A stretch of 64,000 nucleotides of DNA from Podarcis filfolensis (Eukaryota), in assembly GCA_964270895.1 (NCBI GenBank), contig OZ185442.1; one strand, written 5' to 3'. Shown one piece after another: positions 1 to 12,465 of this stretch. The position numbers and the translations under genes are program-made. Below the pieces are notes generated by a model. That model was not told the DNA's origin. It worked only from the letters and a program-made list of their open reading frames with translations, and did no database searches. How positions within the stretch are numbered: the first letter of the stretch is position 1; the number at the start of each line of letters is the position of its first letter.

Positions 1-178
1 ACTCCATCTCTCTGTTTCTCGTTGATTTGGATCACCTCAAAATCACTGGGGTAGTCACTGGCTGGGTTGTTACGGGGTACAATCCTCCAGTTCTCTATGT
101 CACTGCTTTTCAGAGCTCTTGAAATAAATTTGCTTCTGGCTTGGGCTGAGAAGTAACCATTGAAAGCCACAATATACT
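1..178 (-). CDS. MBTPS1: MBTPS1 coding exon 2 (partial)
   Basis: Acceptor tctctttgcag; encodes (E)YIVAFNGYF...[16 protein letters not shown]. Confidence 0.97.
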
Positions 179-768
179 CTGCAAAGAGACCACCACACAT
201 TAGAAAAGACATCTGAATCAGAAGTTGCAAGCATGGCATTTGCAGAGAAAGCTGCGTTATAACCCTTTGTCCCACTTTACAAAAAACAAACTATAATATC
301 CCAGCTCGCATAACCAAGCACAATACCAAGGCATGACAATAACCAGGATTTAGTAATGAGGTTCTCAAAAGGAAGACTCCTGGTTTCAATTTAGCCTCTA
401 GTGACGTAGCACAGATCATGGCACATAACACAGAATTTGAGCAGAGGGATTGGGGTTGGGTAAATTAACAGAAGATAGGAGGGCCTGTCCACACAGCCAT
501 CCTTCCCCTGAACTATTGTTTTTATTAAAAAAAACCGAAGAAAAATACTTTTGGCATTTCCCAGGGACTACAATTAAAACTGGCATAAATGTTAAGTCTC
601 ATTACCATGTTCCACTACCGTCGAAGAAAATTCCACTTTCAGTGTAAGACGGGAGCATTCGGAACACAGGTGGCTCTCATGAGAAGAATTCCCTAGTCTG
701 GTCCCCAGATGTTGTTTGCCGCAGAGAAGGATCGCAGTCAGGAACAACCAGGTGTGTGTAAGCCTCAT
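1..768 (-). CDS. MBTPS1: Membrane-bound transcription factor site-1 protease, 5' part: join(606..768, <1..178); gene continues beyond the window start
   Basis: Spliced translation [22 protein letters not shown]...[14 protein letters not shown]|[55 protein letters not shown] matches the recalled S1P signal peptide and prodomain; GT-AG intron 179..605, phase 1. Confidence 0.97.
606..768 (-). CDS. MBTPS1: MBTPS1 coding exon 1 (163 nt CDS; exon probably begins at 1141)
   Basis: ATG at 768, donor G|GTAAT at 605; upstream acceptor tttttgcag at 1142..1150. Confidence 0.95.
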
Positions 769-2557
769 GGTCATAAAGGAATAAGGTTTCATCCTCAAAA
801 TTCCATGCATCAAGTTACATGTTGTTTTTCCATGAATCAGTTCCCTCTTTTCTTTTTGGTTTCAGAAAACGGTGCCTTTTTAAGTGCTTTTTAAGTGGAT
901 AGTCTTAAGGTTTTGTCCAAGAGAAGCAGAAGTCTTGCCTTCATGGTCTTTACCAGTGAAGCCCAGTAAACAGGCTCATTTCTTTCTGCGTTTTTTCTCC
1001 ATCTTTGATTAAAGGATCCTGTCACTCAGGATTCAACAGCTGAGTCCTGTACTCCATTTTGGATAGGTGATGTAAGGCCAAAGCAGAATTGCCAAGATCT
1101 GTTTTGTTGCTGGGTTGGGGTGGTGTTTTTAGCAATACACCCTGCAAAAATAAACATCCAATTACATAAATGAAATATTTTCTAATTTAATATTTTGACA
1201 AACCACAAGGTGGTAATAAAATACGCTGCAATTTCACACTAAAGTGCAAAACATATGCCTGGATTTTACATCAGGTGGCAGCTAACTTTATGTTCCTCTA
1301 TACAAAAAATAAAATAAAAATCCAACATAGAAAAATAAGTATCAGAGGGAAGGATCCTAGCCTAACCTTCTCCATGGCAGGCTAGTTTTCTATATGCAAG
1401 CAATCTGCACATCAGCAGCAGCAAATTTATTGTAGTAGCTATTTAAAATGCACACCAAAATTTTCCAATATATGAACAGTAACTAATACAATATATAATT
1501 TTTTTGAGACAACAGAATAAAACCTCATTTAAACTAAAACTGAACTGAGCACACTTTTAAACCTCTCAGAACCTACACTGGTTCTTTCTGTTTGGAGTTC
1601 TCTTGCAGCCAAAACATACAGAACTGTTCTATATATAGACTACATATGGGTAAACATCTTCTAGGAGAAAACAGATAATCTCTTGATCAGAGTAGGTTGT
1701 TAAACCAGACAAAATATTTCTCAGGTAGGGGCTCACATGACAAAATGGTTCTCCTTGTACACAAATTACATGCAGGCAAGGTGTTTGTGCAGAGAACCAT
1801 TTTGCCAGGTGAGCTTCCAACTGCAATCTGAAATGGTTTACAACTTTAGTGAGAACAAGACCACAGGGAGAGCAGGGAGATCTGGCAATTAAGAAGCAGA
1901 AGGTGGTGGGGGGGAGAGATATATTGTGTGTTTTCCTTTCATTTCCTTGCCTCGTCTCCTCTTAAGGGCTGCTAAATGCATTATGTTTTTGAGTATATCC
2001 GCAAGTTATCCTAAGACCCCAGCATGTTTTCCAACCATACTGAATTTCTGCTTCCCTTCTTTCTCACTCGTACACTGTCATAGCCACGAACACACACACA
2101 CAACACCATGCCTGCATGATGTTTATCTCTGAGGAGGAACATCCACTGCTTTCTGCCTCACGCCCTTCAAGAAGGCTGCGCTGCGTAGGTGTGCTTAGCT
2201 GCTTACCAGCATAGGACATTTACAAGGGTTATTTTTTGGAGGGGGTGATTTAGCATTTTAGAACATAACCTTAGCCCTCATACATCCCACAAAAGGGAAA
2301 TTTGGTCAAAGAAAACAAGTAAATGCTGATTAATAGAATTCCATTTCTTGCTGCTGTGGTAAACCTGTGCTGGACTGCACTACTTCAGAAATGCGAATGA
2401 GAGGATACCTAGTATCACTGAACCCTCTGCTATGCAAAAAATTTTTAAAAGTCTACACAATGAAAATTAGGTCAAAGTGAAGACCCTGCTAAGAAAACAA
2501 TTTATTACATTTATATGCCATATTTCCTGAAAGGAAGTGGAACAAACACATGGCTCC

Positions 2558-2722
2558 CCACCATCACCATTTTATCCTCATAATGCCTGTGAAACAGACA
2601 TCAGGGATAAGAGATGGCAATGGGCTCAACACTACCAAGTGAGTTTTGTGGCTAAGTGAGGGACTGAACCCAGGTCTCTCCATTCCTGGTCTGACACTTC
2701 AACCACTAAACCGCACTAGCTG
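2558..2722 (-). mobile_element. MIR-like/CORE-type tRNA-derived SINE, degenerate
   Basis: Reverse-complement of the gtggttgaagtgtcagac...cctgggttcagtcc...ttgtgaggataaaa pattern also seen at 39228 and 52296. Confidence 0.6.
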
Positions 2723-3979
2723 ACAAGCTAGTTTTCTGTGTTGTCAGGTTTGTTTATTTATTGAATATGCTTTCCTATTCCCCATCTACCAAAAGCTGCT
2801 AGGTCAGGGGAGACACTACCTTAAGGTACTTTTCCTTGATATGCTAGCTTTCTCTATGTGGGGGAGAGGGAGAGAAGAGAAACAGCGCTCTTCCATGATC
2901 TCTGCTGAGAGGCTAGCTGCCTTCCAAACTGTCACTTTGCAGCAGCCATTCCACTAGAGTAGACTATATAAACTATTTTCATTCTAGCTCACAGTTACAA
3001 GAACTGTAAAAAAAAAATGTCTGATCATGCTTATTTCTTTCTCCCTCCCCATCCCTTTTCACTTGTGCATCGTGTCCCTTTTAAATTGCATGCCTGGGGG
3101 CAGAAACTATCTTAATATCTATTTCTCTATGCTGCTTTGGAAGCCTTTACTGACAAGAGTGGGCTACAAAAAAAAGCTTTAAAACATGTAAGCTATAAAT
3201 AGGGGAAAGTGTTCCACCTGGTTACCCCCCACCCTTGTACAGTACAGCCCAGAGCAGACATTAGTGTTATTTATTATTTACTTAAAGCATTTATACCCCA
3301 GCCTTTGGCCAAAAAGGCTCTTAGGAGTAGCTTACACAAATCAGTGCCAAAACAGACCCTGCCCTCAGGCTCATAATCTCAAAAAGGCATGGACACACAA
3401 GGAAAAAGGAACAGGAGGGAGGAAGTGAAAGCAAACTGTAACCTCTTAACATTTACAGTTCTGATTAGAGTTCTATAGCTCTGTGTATGCAGATTCTGGC
3501 TGTCTAGGTGAAAAGCAACTCCTCACCGAGGAGGAAAGTGGTAGCTCCATCCATCTTGCCCTTGATAAAGAGCAATCTTTCTTTCCTCAGATGCACAGGC
3601 TCTCCCACCACCATCACAGATCCAGGAGCAGAGGCGGTGACAATGTCCAGGCTGAGGAGGCAAGGCAACTGACTCACACACGCCTCTGCAGTTATCACTG
3701 GGCAGAGGAAAGGGAAAGGACAGCAACAGCCTCCACCTGCCTTGGACTCTGGCTTTGGGCCCTTGAGCTGATTGCGCCAAGCGAATGCGCAGCGAGGACA
3801 GGCCCCCACCGGGTCACCTCGGCCCACTCACTCACTTTCTCTCAGCCTCACCTCCCTCACAAGGTGGCTGTGAGGGTGAAGCGGGGGAGAACCATGTACG
3901 CCACCTTGGAGGAAAGGTGGGATGTGAATATACGTAATCCTCTCCTGTCTGCTCTGTCTGCTTTCTGTGGGCTCAGACA

Positions 3980-4990
3980 CCCCTCGAGACGTCGTCGCCA
4001 AACCCCACACGAGAGCCCCCGAGGTGGGCGCCTCTCTCGATGTTGGGGTGCCCCATACCTTGGCGAATCAAGCCGCCGGACCGAAACGTGCCTTCACCCG
4101 GTTTTGGGTGTGACAGGTCCGAACGCTCTTTTAAAAAATAACACCACCACCACCACCACAATAATAATAATACTTTTCGGCTTCTGCGAATTCCCAGGCC
4201 GCTCAGCGCTAGGAAGTCAATGAGGACGAGGGAGCGGGATCCGCTAAGGAACTGCGCCCGGTGCTGCCCCCCCCCCGCCCAGATCCACCCCCCTGAAACC
4301 AGCGGCGGGCCAGGCTCCGGCTGCTTCCTTCCCCCTGCTCCGTGAGAGGGAGGCCCGGGAGGCGGCCACAGAACGGAGACGCCGCGGCTGCTCCCCCTTC
4401 CCGTCCCTGCGGGCCCGAAGCCCCCCTCCAGCAGCTCCCTCGCCCGCGTCGACCCACCGGCCACCGAAGCTTCCGCAGGGCGCCCCGGGGCGTAGCGGCC
4501 TCCCCTGGCAGCCGGGTCCGGAGCTCCGGGTGAGGCGAGTACGACTCCCGTCCCGCAGCCCCCCGCTAACCCCACACCAAGCAGCTGGCCTGGGCTGCGG
4601 AGGAGAAGCCGCCGTCCATGAACGCGAGCCTGGCGCACGCTGGGGCTTGTAGTCTCCGCTGGCCCTCGCTTCGGAGGGCGGGCGGGCGCGATGGACTACA
4701 TTTCCCAGGAGCCTCTGGTGCTCTAGCAGGCTCCTTTGCGGGTCCAACGGACGGAGGCCTCGTTGGTCCCGTCAAAGAAATCGAAACTGCCCTCTCGGAA
4801 GACGTAAACAGAAGTCCTTTGCTCTGACGGCGCCACAAGAAATCTGCGCCTTAAGTGCATGGTAGGATAGGGAGCCTTGCAGGGAGACTCGCGGAGCCCT
4901 TGCACTTTTAAATGCGCGTCTAGGCATTATTTGGAAGTTCCGTAAAGCTAAGGGCACGTGCGATGTAATCCTGTGCCCACGTAGTTGGGG
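3980..4990. promoter_or_regulatory. CpG island, MBTPS1 promoter and non-coding first exon
   Basis: Strongly GC- and CpG-rich stretch upstream of the MBTPS1 coding exons; candidate minus-strand donor AAG|GTATGG at 4058; exon 1 limits not resolved. Confidence 0.8.
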
Positions 4991-4998
4991 AGCTGAAG

Positions 4999-5178
4999 AC
5001 ATAGGAACTGCACTGAATCAGATCGTTGGTCCACCTAGCTCAGAATTGTGACATTGACAAACAGCCTCTCTCCAGGATTTCAGGCACGGTTCTCTCCCAC
5101 CCTGCCTGGAAGTGACAGGGATTGATACTCAGACCTTCTGCATGAAAAGCAGTTGTTCTACCACTAAGCTATGGCCCT
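4999..5178 (-). mobile_element. Squam3-like tRNA-derived SINE
   Basis: On the minus strand: tagcttagtggtagaacaactgct...gagctaggtggaccaacgatctga...cctatgt. Confidence 0.8.
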
Positions 5179-6445
5179 CATCAATTAAAGATTTGCTTAA
5201 ATAACTCCAGCACTTGCTTCTTCATTCTAGAATCCTATGTAAGCCAGTATCTGCAGAACTGGGAAGGGTCTATTCAGCCAGCAATCTCCATCTTAGAATT
5301 TACCGGTAGTCTATAACCTGATCTCATGGCTACAGCATCAGTTTAACTTTCCAATTCCTTGTTTTCCCTCTGCTGCCCAAGCTGCTTCATGTAACATCTT
5401 GCCTGATGAGGAGAACCTGAAAGCTTGTCATGTTTTTATGACATTTTGTTTGTTCTGAATACAGGTTTTACCTATCTATCTATCCATCTTTTAAATGTCA
5501 CAAACACATTTTCCCACACACTGAATGACGAGAGGCACCTAAATATATTTGCGGAATTCAATATAATTGAAACATAGTATAATTCAATATTTGAGTTTAT
5601 AGAGCATCATTTCATGGACAAACAATATATTGTACTATTATTTCTAGCTGGGGAGACCAGTCTTCTCTGGATACAAAAAAGCAGGTGTCTTCCTTCATCA
5701 GTGCTCACAGCTCCAAACTCAGAGCACTACAAAGCACACTGACAGGAGACCACACAGATAGAAGGAAGTCACTAAAAATCACAGTATCTAGAAAGTAGCA
5801 TTTGTTTCCAACTCAGAAAATTGTTTCAGGTGTTCCCGACAAAGCTTCCAGGGAAGAAGTCAAGAATACTCCACTTGAAGAGCAGTACCCAGTTTCAGTG
5901 TAGAAAAAGCCTTTGTCTGCCTGGTGCCCTCCAGATGCTTTGGACTATAGCTCCCATCAGTCCTAGTCACCAGAGCTGTTGCAGTCCAAACCACTTGGAG
6001 GGCACCAAGCTATGCACCACATGACCTCTCTCTGCTGCCAGCTCTTAATGGGGGTTCAGTCCCCAAGCATCCTATTCAACTTCTTTAGAATTCAGGGGAC
6101 CCCAGGATTGCCCACTCATGTCCAAATCAGAAAGACTCTGGCAAGAATCACTCAGTACTATGTAAAAATCAGGACCCCACAGACATCATACAAAAGAATA
6201 TCAGCTTCCTAACAACAGGGTTCCTTTTTACTGCCTGCGTAACATTCTTGATGGGCCCTGCAATGAGATAGGAGCAAGATGAAGTCTCTTTTAAAAGGTA
6301 CATATTATCATCATCATTATCATTGAAGAAAATCCATCCAATGAGAGTGGGGTTTTGTGGTAACTGTCCAACTAGGCTGCTAGATGTTATCTGTTCTCCA
6401 GCTGATATTTTTAATGTAGTTTTTTCCTCCCAAAATTGCATTTTT

Positions 6446-6514
6446 TCAAAATGTGCCCAATCGGCTCACTCCCCTAACCCAGAGCCATTCTGGAATGATC
6501 TGTGCAAAAAAACC
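6446..6514 (-). CDS. HSDL1: HSDL1 last coding exon
   Basis: Acceptor ctcttgtcttccag; [22 protein letters not shown] then TGA. Confidence 0.88.
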   Translation of the reverse strand, partial: GFFAQIIPEWLWVRGVSRLGTF

Positions 6515-9500
6515 CTGGAAGACAAGAGAGGAAACACAGGTTAGAATTAGCACATAAACGTATTCCTTTGGCAACAAGCAATAACAAGATTAAAATATCA
6601 GCATGAAATAAAACCCAAGAAGATCTAACATGAAGAGTCTCCTTCAGACAGTGAATCATCCACATCTCCCATTCCTTCCTTCCAGTTCATAATATAGGAA
6701 GCTGCCTTCTATAGAGCCAGACCATTGATCCATCTAGCTTAATACTGTCAGCACTGGCTGGCAGTGACTCTCTAGGATCTCTGGCAAGGGACATTCCCAG
6801 CCTTGCCCGGAGATTGAACCTGAGACCTTCTGCATGGAAATCACATGCTCTGCCACTGAGCTATGACTCTTCCCCCCTCCAACTATTAATTCTCTTTAAA
6901 AAAAATTTAAGGGATGGAAGTGCAGCAGAAGACACAAATATGCTGGTTTTATACTTTTTTAAAAAAGAACTTTGGGGAAGTTTACTGCTTGAGCACTTCA
7001 GCTATAAAAAATGTTAAAACTTAATAAAGCCAACATTTTGCATGGGTTATTGCAGCTAACCTGGCGTCCTTGTCTATCCCACCTCCTGTAGGCTACCATA
7101 AGTATCGGGTGGTGCACACACCCCTGGTCAAGCACCTGGCATTACAATGATGACAGGTGACCCTTTTTGCCTGCACCAACAATCTGGTGATTAGCACCAC
7201 ATAAGCCCCTTTGGTCCAGCTATGTTCTACTTACCCTGTACCTGATGTTATATAGGACATCAAATGTGGGCCCAATGGGACCTGGGTGACCTAAGTAAGC
7301 CTATGAGCCAGAAGTTCCTCACCTCTCCTGTAAAGCTTTGGACTCTGAACACTGTCACATGTTCTGTGAATCTCCCCACCCTGTTGCGCCATCCTTGCAT
7401 TTGCCAGTACCTTCTGTGGCAAGATTGGTGGCTGAGCATGCGAGGGTCTTCTATATGTGGTGGCACCCCATAGGTGGAACTCATTGCCCTAAGATGTTCA
7501 GCTATCTTCCTCTTCATTTGCATTGCAAACTGAAAACTTTCAAGTGCCCATTACTGGTCAACATATTGAGTACTGCCCTTTGTGTTTTTCTTCATTTGCT
7601 GCTGCTCCTAGCTTGATGATCTGTGTTTTAATGGTGGGGCATGTGTTGTTTGTATGCTTGCTTTTAGATTTGCAAACTCTTTTGAGCAACTTCCTTTAAG
7701 GAGGCGGAAAAGTAGGGTGTAAATGGTTCCGAAGAAATAAAAATGTATGCAGTGCAGTACTAAGAGCAGTAACTGATGCACTAAGGCAGGTGTAGGGAAC
7801 CTTTAGCCCTCCAGGTGTTTCTGAACTACGGTTCTCATCATTCCAGACTATTGGCCATGTTTGCTGGGGATGGTGGGAGTTGCAGCTCAGCAATATCAGG
7901 AAGGTCAAAGGTTCTCCACCCCTGCACTAAGGGAAGAGATGCATTTTCCCACCCACAAGATACTACACAAAGTACCACAGTCTCTGGGTTCAGAGTCAAG
8001 ACAGCTTCATGAAAGAAAAATATGTTGGCCTGCAACACAGAAAATCATACACAGGTTGCAATGTAAGAACAGCACTTTGCTTTCTGTGGTTCTTTTATTT
8101 CTTTTGTTAAGAAAATGAGAATTAAACAAATAAAACTCTATAATAAAATAAACAAAATAGAACACAGCAATAAAATTAAGCAATTAGGTTTCAAGAGCAT
8201 TAGCTGACAGTCAACACACAGGAAGCTGCCTTATACCGAAGCTAGCTCAGTATTGTCTGCACTGACTGGAAGTTTCAGAGGCAGACAGTCTCTCCCAGCT
8301 TTATGTGGAGAGGCTGGGGATTAAATTTAGGGACCTTGTGAAGGCAAGGCAGATGTTCTACCACTGAGCTACATCCCTTCTCCAAGATCACGTTCCCCAA
8401 GATCATGGGTGAACATTTGCTTCAAAAGGCTCATTAAAACCAATCCAGGCTGCATGGTTCAGCCACCAAGTTAAGAAAAGTTAAGAGAAAATGTAACACA
8501 GAAGCAGCTGAATTAATGATATTACCTGGATTGAATGGAGGGAGTATCCTGGAGTCCTTCTGGATAGTCCAAGGGTGGCAATAGCCTGGTGCGCGTATTC
8601 ATCTGCAGAAGGCACAAACAAGCTCTTTTTGGATAACGTGGGGCTGTATTTTGACATGTTGGTGCAGACGAAAGCTGGACATAAGCACTGAACAAAAATG
8701 CCTTGGGGAGCATACTCATAATAAAGCGATCGGCTGAAATGGTCCAGGTAAGCCTGTCAAGGTTAAGAGCAGACAATTAAGATTCTCTGGATTTAACATG
8801 GGGAAAAGGTGTGGAGAACAGACATTGGCAGCTTAGACAACATCTCTTGACTGACGCATGCAAGGCGCAACATAGATGGCTATGGAACAAAGCCTTACCA
8901 AATCAGCACCCATCCCCAGCTCTGTATGTCTTGCTGACTGGCCAATTGCAACTTAATAATAACTGCTTTGGCATAGCTTTGCACAACCAAGTACCCTCCA
9001 GATGATTTGGACTTCAATTCCCATCAGCTCCAGCAGAAACATCTGAAAGACACCAGGTTGGGGAACACTGCTACTGCACATTTAGGCTACAGTTATCTTG
9101 GGAGTCAGTCCCATTGAACTCAAGCAGGGCTTACCATTAAGTAGACATGTACAGAATTGCTCTGTTGGTTCCTTTACGAAACACACACCAGCGCTTTACC
9201 ATTCAGCTAACAGAGCAATCCTGTACATAGTTCCTCTTTAATAAGTTCCCTTAAATTCCCATGTAAGTGTGCATAGGGTTGCAGCCTCAATTTATAAAGC
9301 TGCCTTCACTGGAGCAAAGTAGAACGCTTAAGCCAATACATTCCTGAAGCAGAAAAGCCGCCCTGGCTGCTCCTGAACCCTTTAAATTTTATCCTGCCTT
9401 CCATTCCTGTACATCTCTGAGCCGGATTGTAGGCATCTAATTCAACCCTGCCAGAGCCTTTGCAGCAAGGATGAGGAATCCTTTCCAGGCCAAGGATAGT

Positions 9501-11045
9501 ATATCCTCCATCCAGGCAAGCAAGAGGCATTATCAGACTTCAAGGACATGTTCCAGCTGTTTTAAAACACTTGAAGGGGGTGCAAAGCAGGGCTACTGCG
9601 CGATGGTCTGAGAAGAGTTCTGAGGGCCAGAGAGCTGCATACTTATCCTGGGACCTGAGGTTTCCCACTCCACCTTCAAAAACTTCTAGTTCTCAAAATC
9701 CTTATCCACAGAAACAGAAAAAAACATTTCCATGGAGAAAGGATGCATACCTATCTCTTAGAAATAATGATTCTGATAAGATAGGGGGTAAGAAGCCTTT
9801 CTAGCCTGGCAAGCCAGATTGTTATCTCCCTCCCCCTTTGCAGGCCATGTTTGACAGGTGGGCAGATGCCACAGCAGCCTGTTGCCTGCATGGGTCTTCA
9901 AGTGCCCTGCACTTTGAACATGCAGTGATCAGCCAATTGCTGGATCTTCAGAAGCCCCGTTCACTGCACAGGGCAAAACAGAGCTTTGAAAGGGACTTTG
10001 CAGGCACCATGGTAAAGGGCAGGTGGCTATGGCTTGGCTGAAATGGCCTCATAGGCCAAACAAGGAGACCTTGTGGGCTTGATCAGGGCTGCAGGGCTGG
10101 AGGTTCCCCACCTGTCATAAGAGAACACATATATTTTTATATTTTGAAACTCACCTTGGAGGCTGAATATGCCGTCATTCGTGGGGAGGGGTGGTAAGAG
10201 GACATAGAAGAAACGTTCACGATAGCGCCTTTCTTTCTCTGAACCATTCCTGGCAACACCATGTGCACCATCATATTAGCTGCTCCAATATTGATGTTGA
10301 TGAGATCCCAAATTTTATCCTCTGTCAAATTGGCAAAATAATCCGGGTGATCATAGAACACTCCAACGTTATTCACCAAAATGCCAGTCTCTTTGCCTAG
10401 CAGGGCCTTCTTGATGGCAGGGTACACCTGGCGGCCCCTGCTGAAATCTGCCACAACTACTTCCGTTTCAACCTTGTAGGAATCCTCAATATCTTTGGCA
10501 AGAGCTTCCAACATCTCCTTGTTCCGGCTTATTAAGACAACATTCACCCCGTGGCATGCCAACTCTTTAGCATAGGACTTCCCGATGCCTGAGGTACAAC
10601 CTGGAGCAGATCGAGAGAGCAACAAAGATCATTTTTAGACTCTGAGACTAAATGCATTCACTTAGTCAACCGATAGTTGTAGAGCGTTTACAAAGGGCTT
10701 ATGCATTTTTATGTCAGTATGGGGTCTTCCTAAAAAAAAATCTCAACAACTTTGCAGGTGTCAGGAATTTTAATTTTTGAAATATGGCAACCCTAGAGAA
10801 TCTGTGTGCTCCAACTGTCTCTTACCTGTTACAGCAGCCCAGCTTCCATACAGTTTGACTAAATCAGGCCTGCTGACCAGCCGAGGAATGAAATACAACC
10901 TGATCAGGCTGTACGTGTTGCTTGCAACAGTGAGGGATGTCTTCATTATGTAGAAGGCTCCAATGAAAGCCAATGTCTCTATGACACAGCTGCAGGCCTG
11001 CCCAATCTCTCTGAGCAAGAAGGAAAAGCTGTCCACAGCAGCCAT
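6446..11045 (-). CDS. HSDL1: Hydroxysteroid dehydrogenase-like protein 1 (SDR family), 320 aa: join(10826..11045, 10155..10600, 8526..8753, 6446..6514)
   Basis: MAAVDSF start, TGCTSGIG Rossmann motif, [22 protein letters not shown]; exon sizes 220/446/228 equal the recalled human sizes; lies between MBTPS1 and DNAAF1 as in human. Confidence 0.95.
6694..6874 (-). mobile_element. Squam3-like SINE
   Basis: Same head and tail motifs as the 4999 copy. Confidence 0.8.
7787..7924. mobile_element. hAT-type palindromic MITE
   Basis: TIRs caggtgtagggaacc / ggttctccacccctg; perfect 8-bp TSD CACTAAGG at 7779..7786 and 7925..7932. Confidence 0.85.
8219..8379 (-). mobile_element. Squam3-like SINE with internal deletion
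   Basis: ggaagctgccttatac...tctaccactgagcta motifs shared with the other copies. Confidence 0.75.
8526..8753 (-). CDS. HSDL1: HSDL1 coding exon 3
   Basis: 228 nt, [14 protein letters not shown]...[16 protein letters not shown] bounded. Confidence 0.95.
10155..10600 (-). CDS. HSDL1: HSDL1 coding exon 2
   Basis: 446 nt, (G)[14 protein letters not shown]...RMTAYSASK, donor AAG|GTGAG. Confidence 0.96.
10826..11045 (-). CDS. HSDL1: HSDL1 coding exon 1
   Basis: 220 nt, [15 protein letters not shown]...YGSWAAVT(G); acceptor at 11060..11061, donor CAG|GTAAG. Confidence 0.96.
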
Positions 11046-11953
11046 GGTAAAACAGATGTCTAGAAGGGAAGAAGCAAAAGATGTTTGTAAGGAAGGAAGT
11101 ATGTATTTTTTCCATTGCTTCATTTAGCCAAATCATTGACTTCATATTCCAATAGGTCATAAGATGCTAAAAATAAAAATGACCATTTCATTTTGTTTCA
11201 GGAAAACCCAAGAGCATCTGCCATATATATCTATCATTCTTCGATTAACATAACATATCCCAGTAGAAGTCAAAAGTGGTTGATAACATTCAAAGCACAA
11301 TGAAACAATAATAACAACAACAACAATGATAAACCTCTCAAAAAACAACAGCATGGTAAATAATTAAAACAACCAAGTCAAGATGTAATGCAAATATAAA
11401 TCTAAAGTTTAAAGGAGGATGAGTATTGGAGGAGGGAAGTCACATGGGTGTATTATTTACAATTCTTATTCTTTGCTTCTCTTTCTTTTCTTTTTTGTAC
11501 TGTTTTTATTTTTTGGGATATTATATGTATTTTTTGTCAGCATGAATAAATACTGTTTGTCTGAAAAAAAACAACAACAACCAAGTCAGCTTAAAATACC
11601 AGGGAAACCCCACCAAACTCACACAGTCAACCGTCCTGAACAAAACTGTCTTCATCTGTCTTGCAGCACTGCAGAATGGGATGGCTTTACAAAGCTTTGC
11701 TTTCAGAAAATGCCATTCCAAAATCAAGTATGGAGACTCTGGCTCATGTGTTGCTATTTTACTCTTTTCAATGAGACTTCCACAAAGAGCTTATTACTCC
11801 ATTGCCATTATCATCTCACTGATTTTTATTAGGCCAAATTTTATGCAGCCTTCCTCCTTACAGTCTCAGACAATCTGGCAACAGCAAATTCGGCAAACAC
11901 AGCCAATACCAATAGTGATGCTGCCAGTCAGGATAGACAATAATGAGCTAGAT

Positions 11954-12187
11954 CAGGGGTGTCAAACTCAAATTCATCGGGGGCTGCGGCACCGCTAGAC
12001 GGCAGACGTTCTCTGGCTTGTAGGCTGTCACGCATGCGCTGAAGAGGCGGCTTTCTTGTGTCAAAAAAAAAAGAGCGAGAATAAAAGGTGAAGGCTGGCG
12101 GCTGGCGGTCGGCGGTGGCTACACGGGCCACATGATGAGGTCTGGCGGGCCAGATTCGGCCCGCGGGCCTTGTGTTTGACACCCGTG
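11954..12187. mobile_element. hAT (Charlie-like) MITE nested in a Squam3-like SINE remnant
   Basis: TIRs CAGGGGTGTCAAAC / GTTTGACACCCGTG; perfect TSD AGCTAGAT at 11946..11953 and 12188..12195. Confidence 0.9.
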
Positions 12188-12465
12188 AGCTAGATGGACC
12201 AACAGTCTGACTCAGTGTAAGGCAGTTTCCTATGTTTCCTTGTAACCCCTGCAGGCCATTTTAAAAGGTGAATGGGGCCCCACCTGCCAATCACCTGACA
12301 ACATGCAAAATAATAAAGTCAAGAACCAATGAATAACAAGAATAATGAATTAGTAAGGTTGGATATTGTCACGGCTAAAAATTGGCTGCTGTTTCTTTAA
12401 TGCTAAAATAACTAAGTCAGCATGAGTCAGCGGCCTACAATGCAATCTTTCACCAAATTGTACTT

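Noticed and set aside
3483-4747. Several long ORFs (246, 221 and 167 aa) near the MBTPS1 promoter
   Set aside because: Low-complexity products of a GC-rich island and a SINE fragment; non-ATG starts; no recognisable domain
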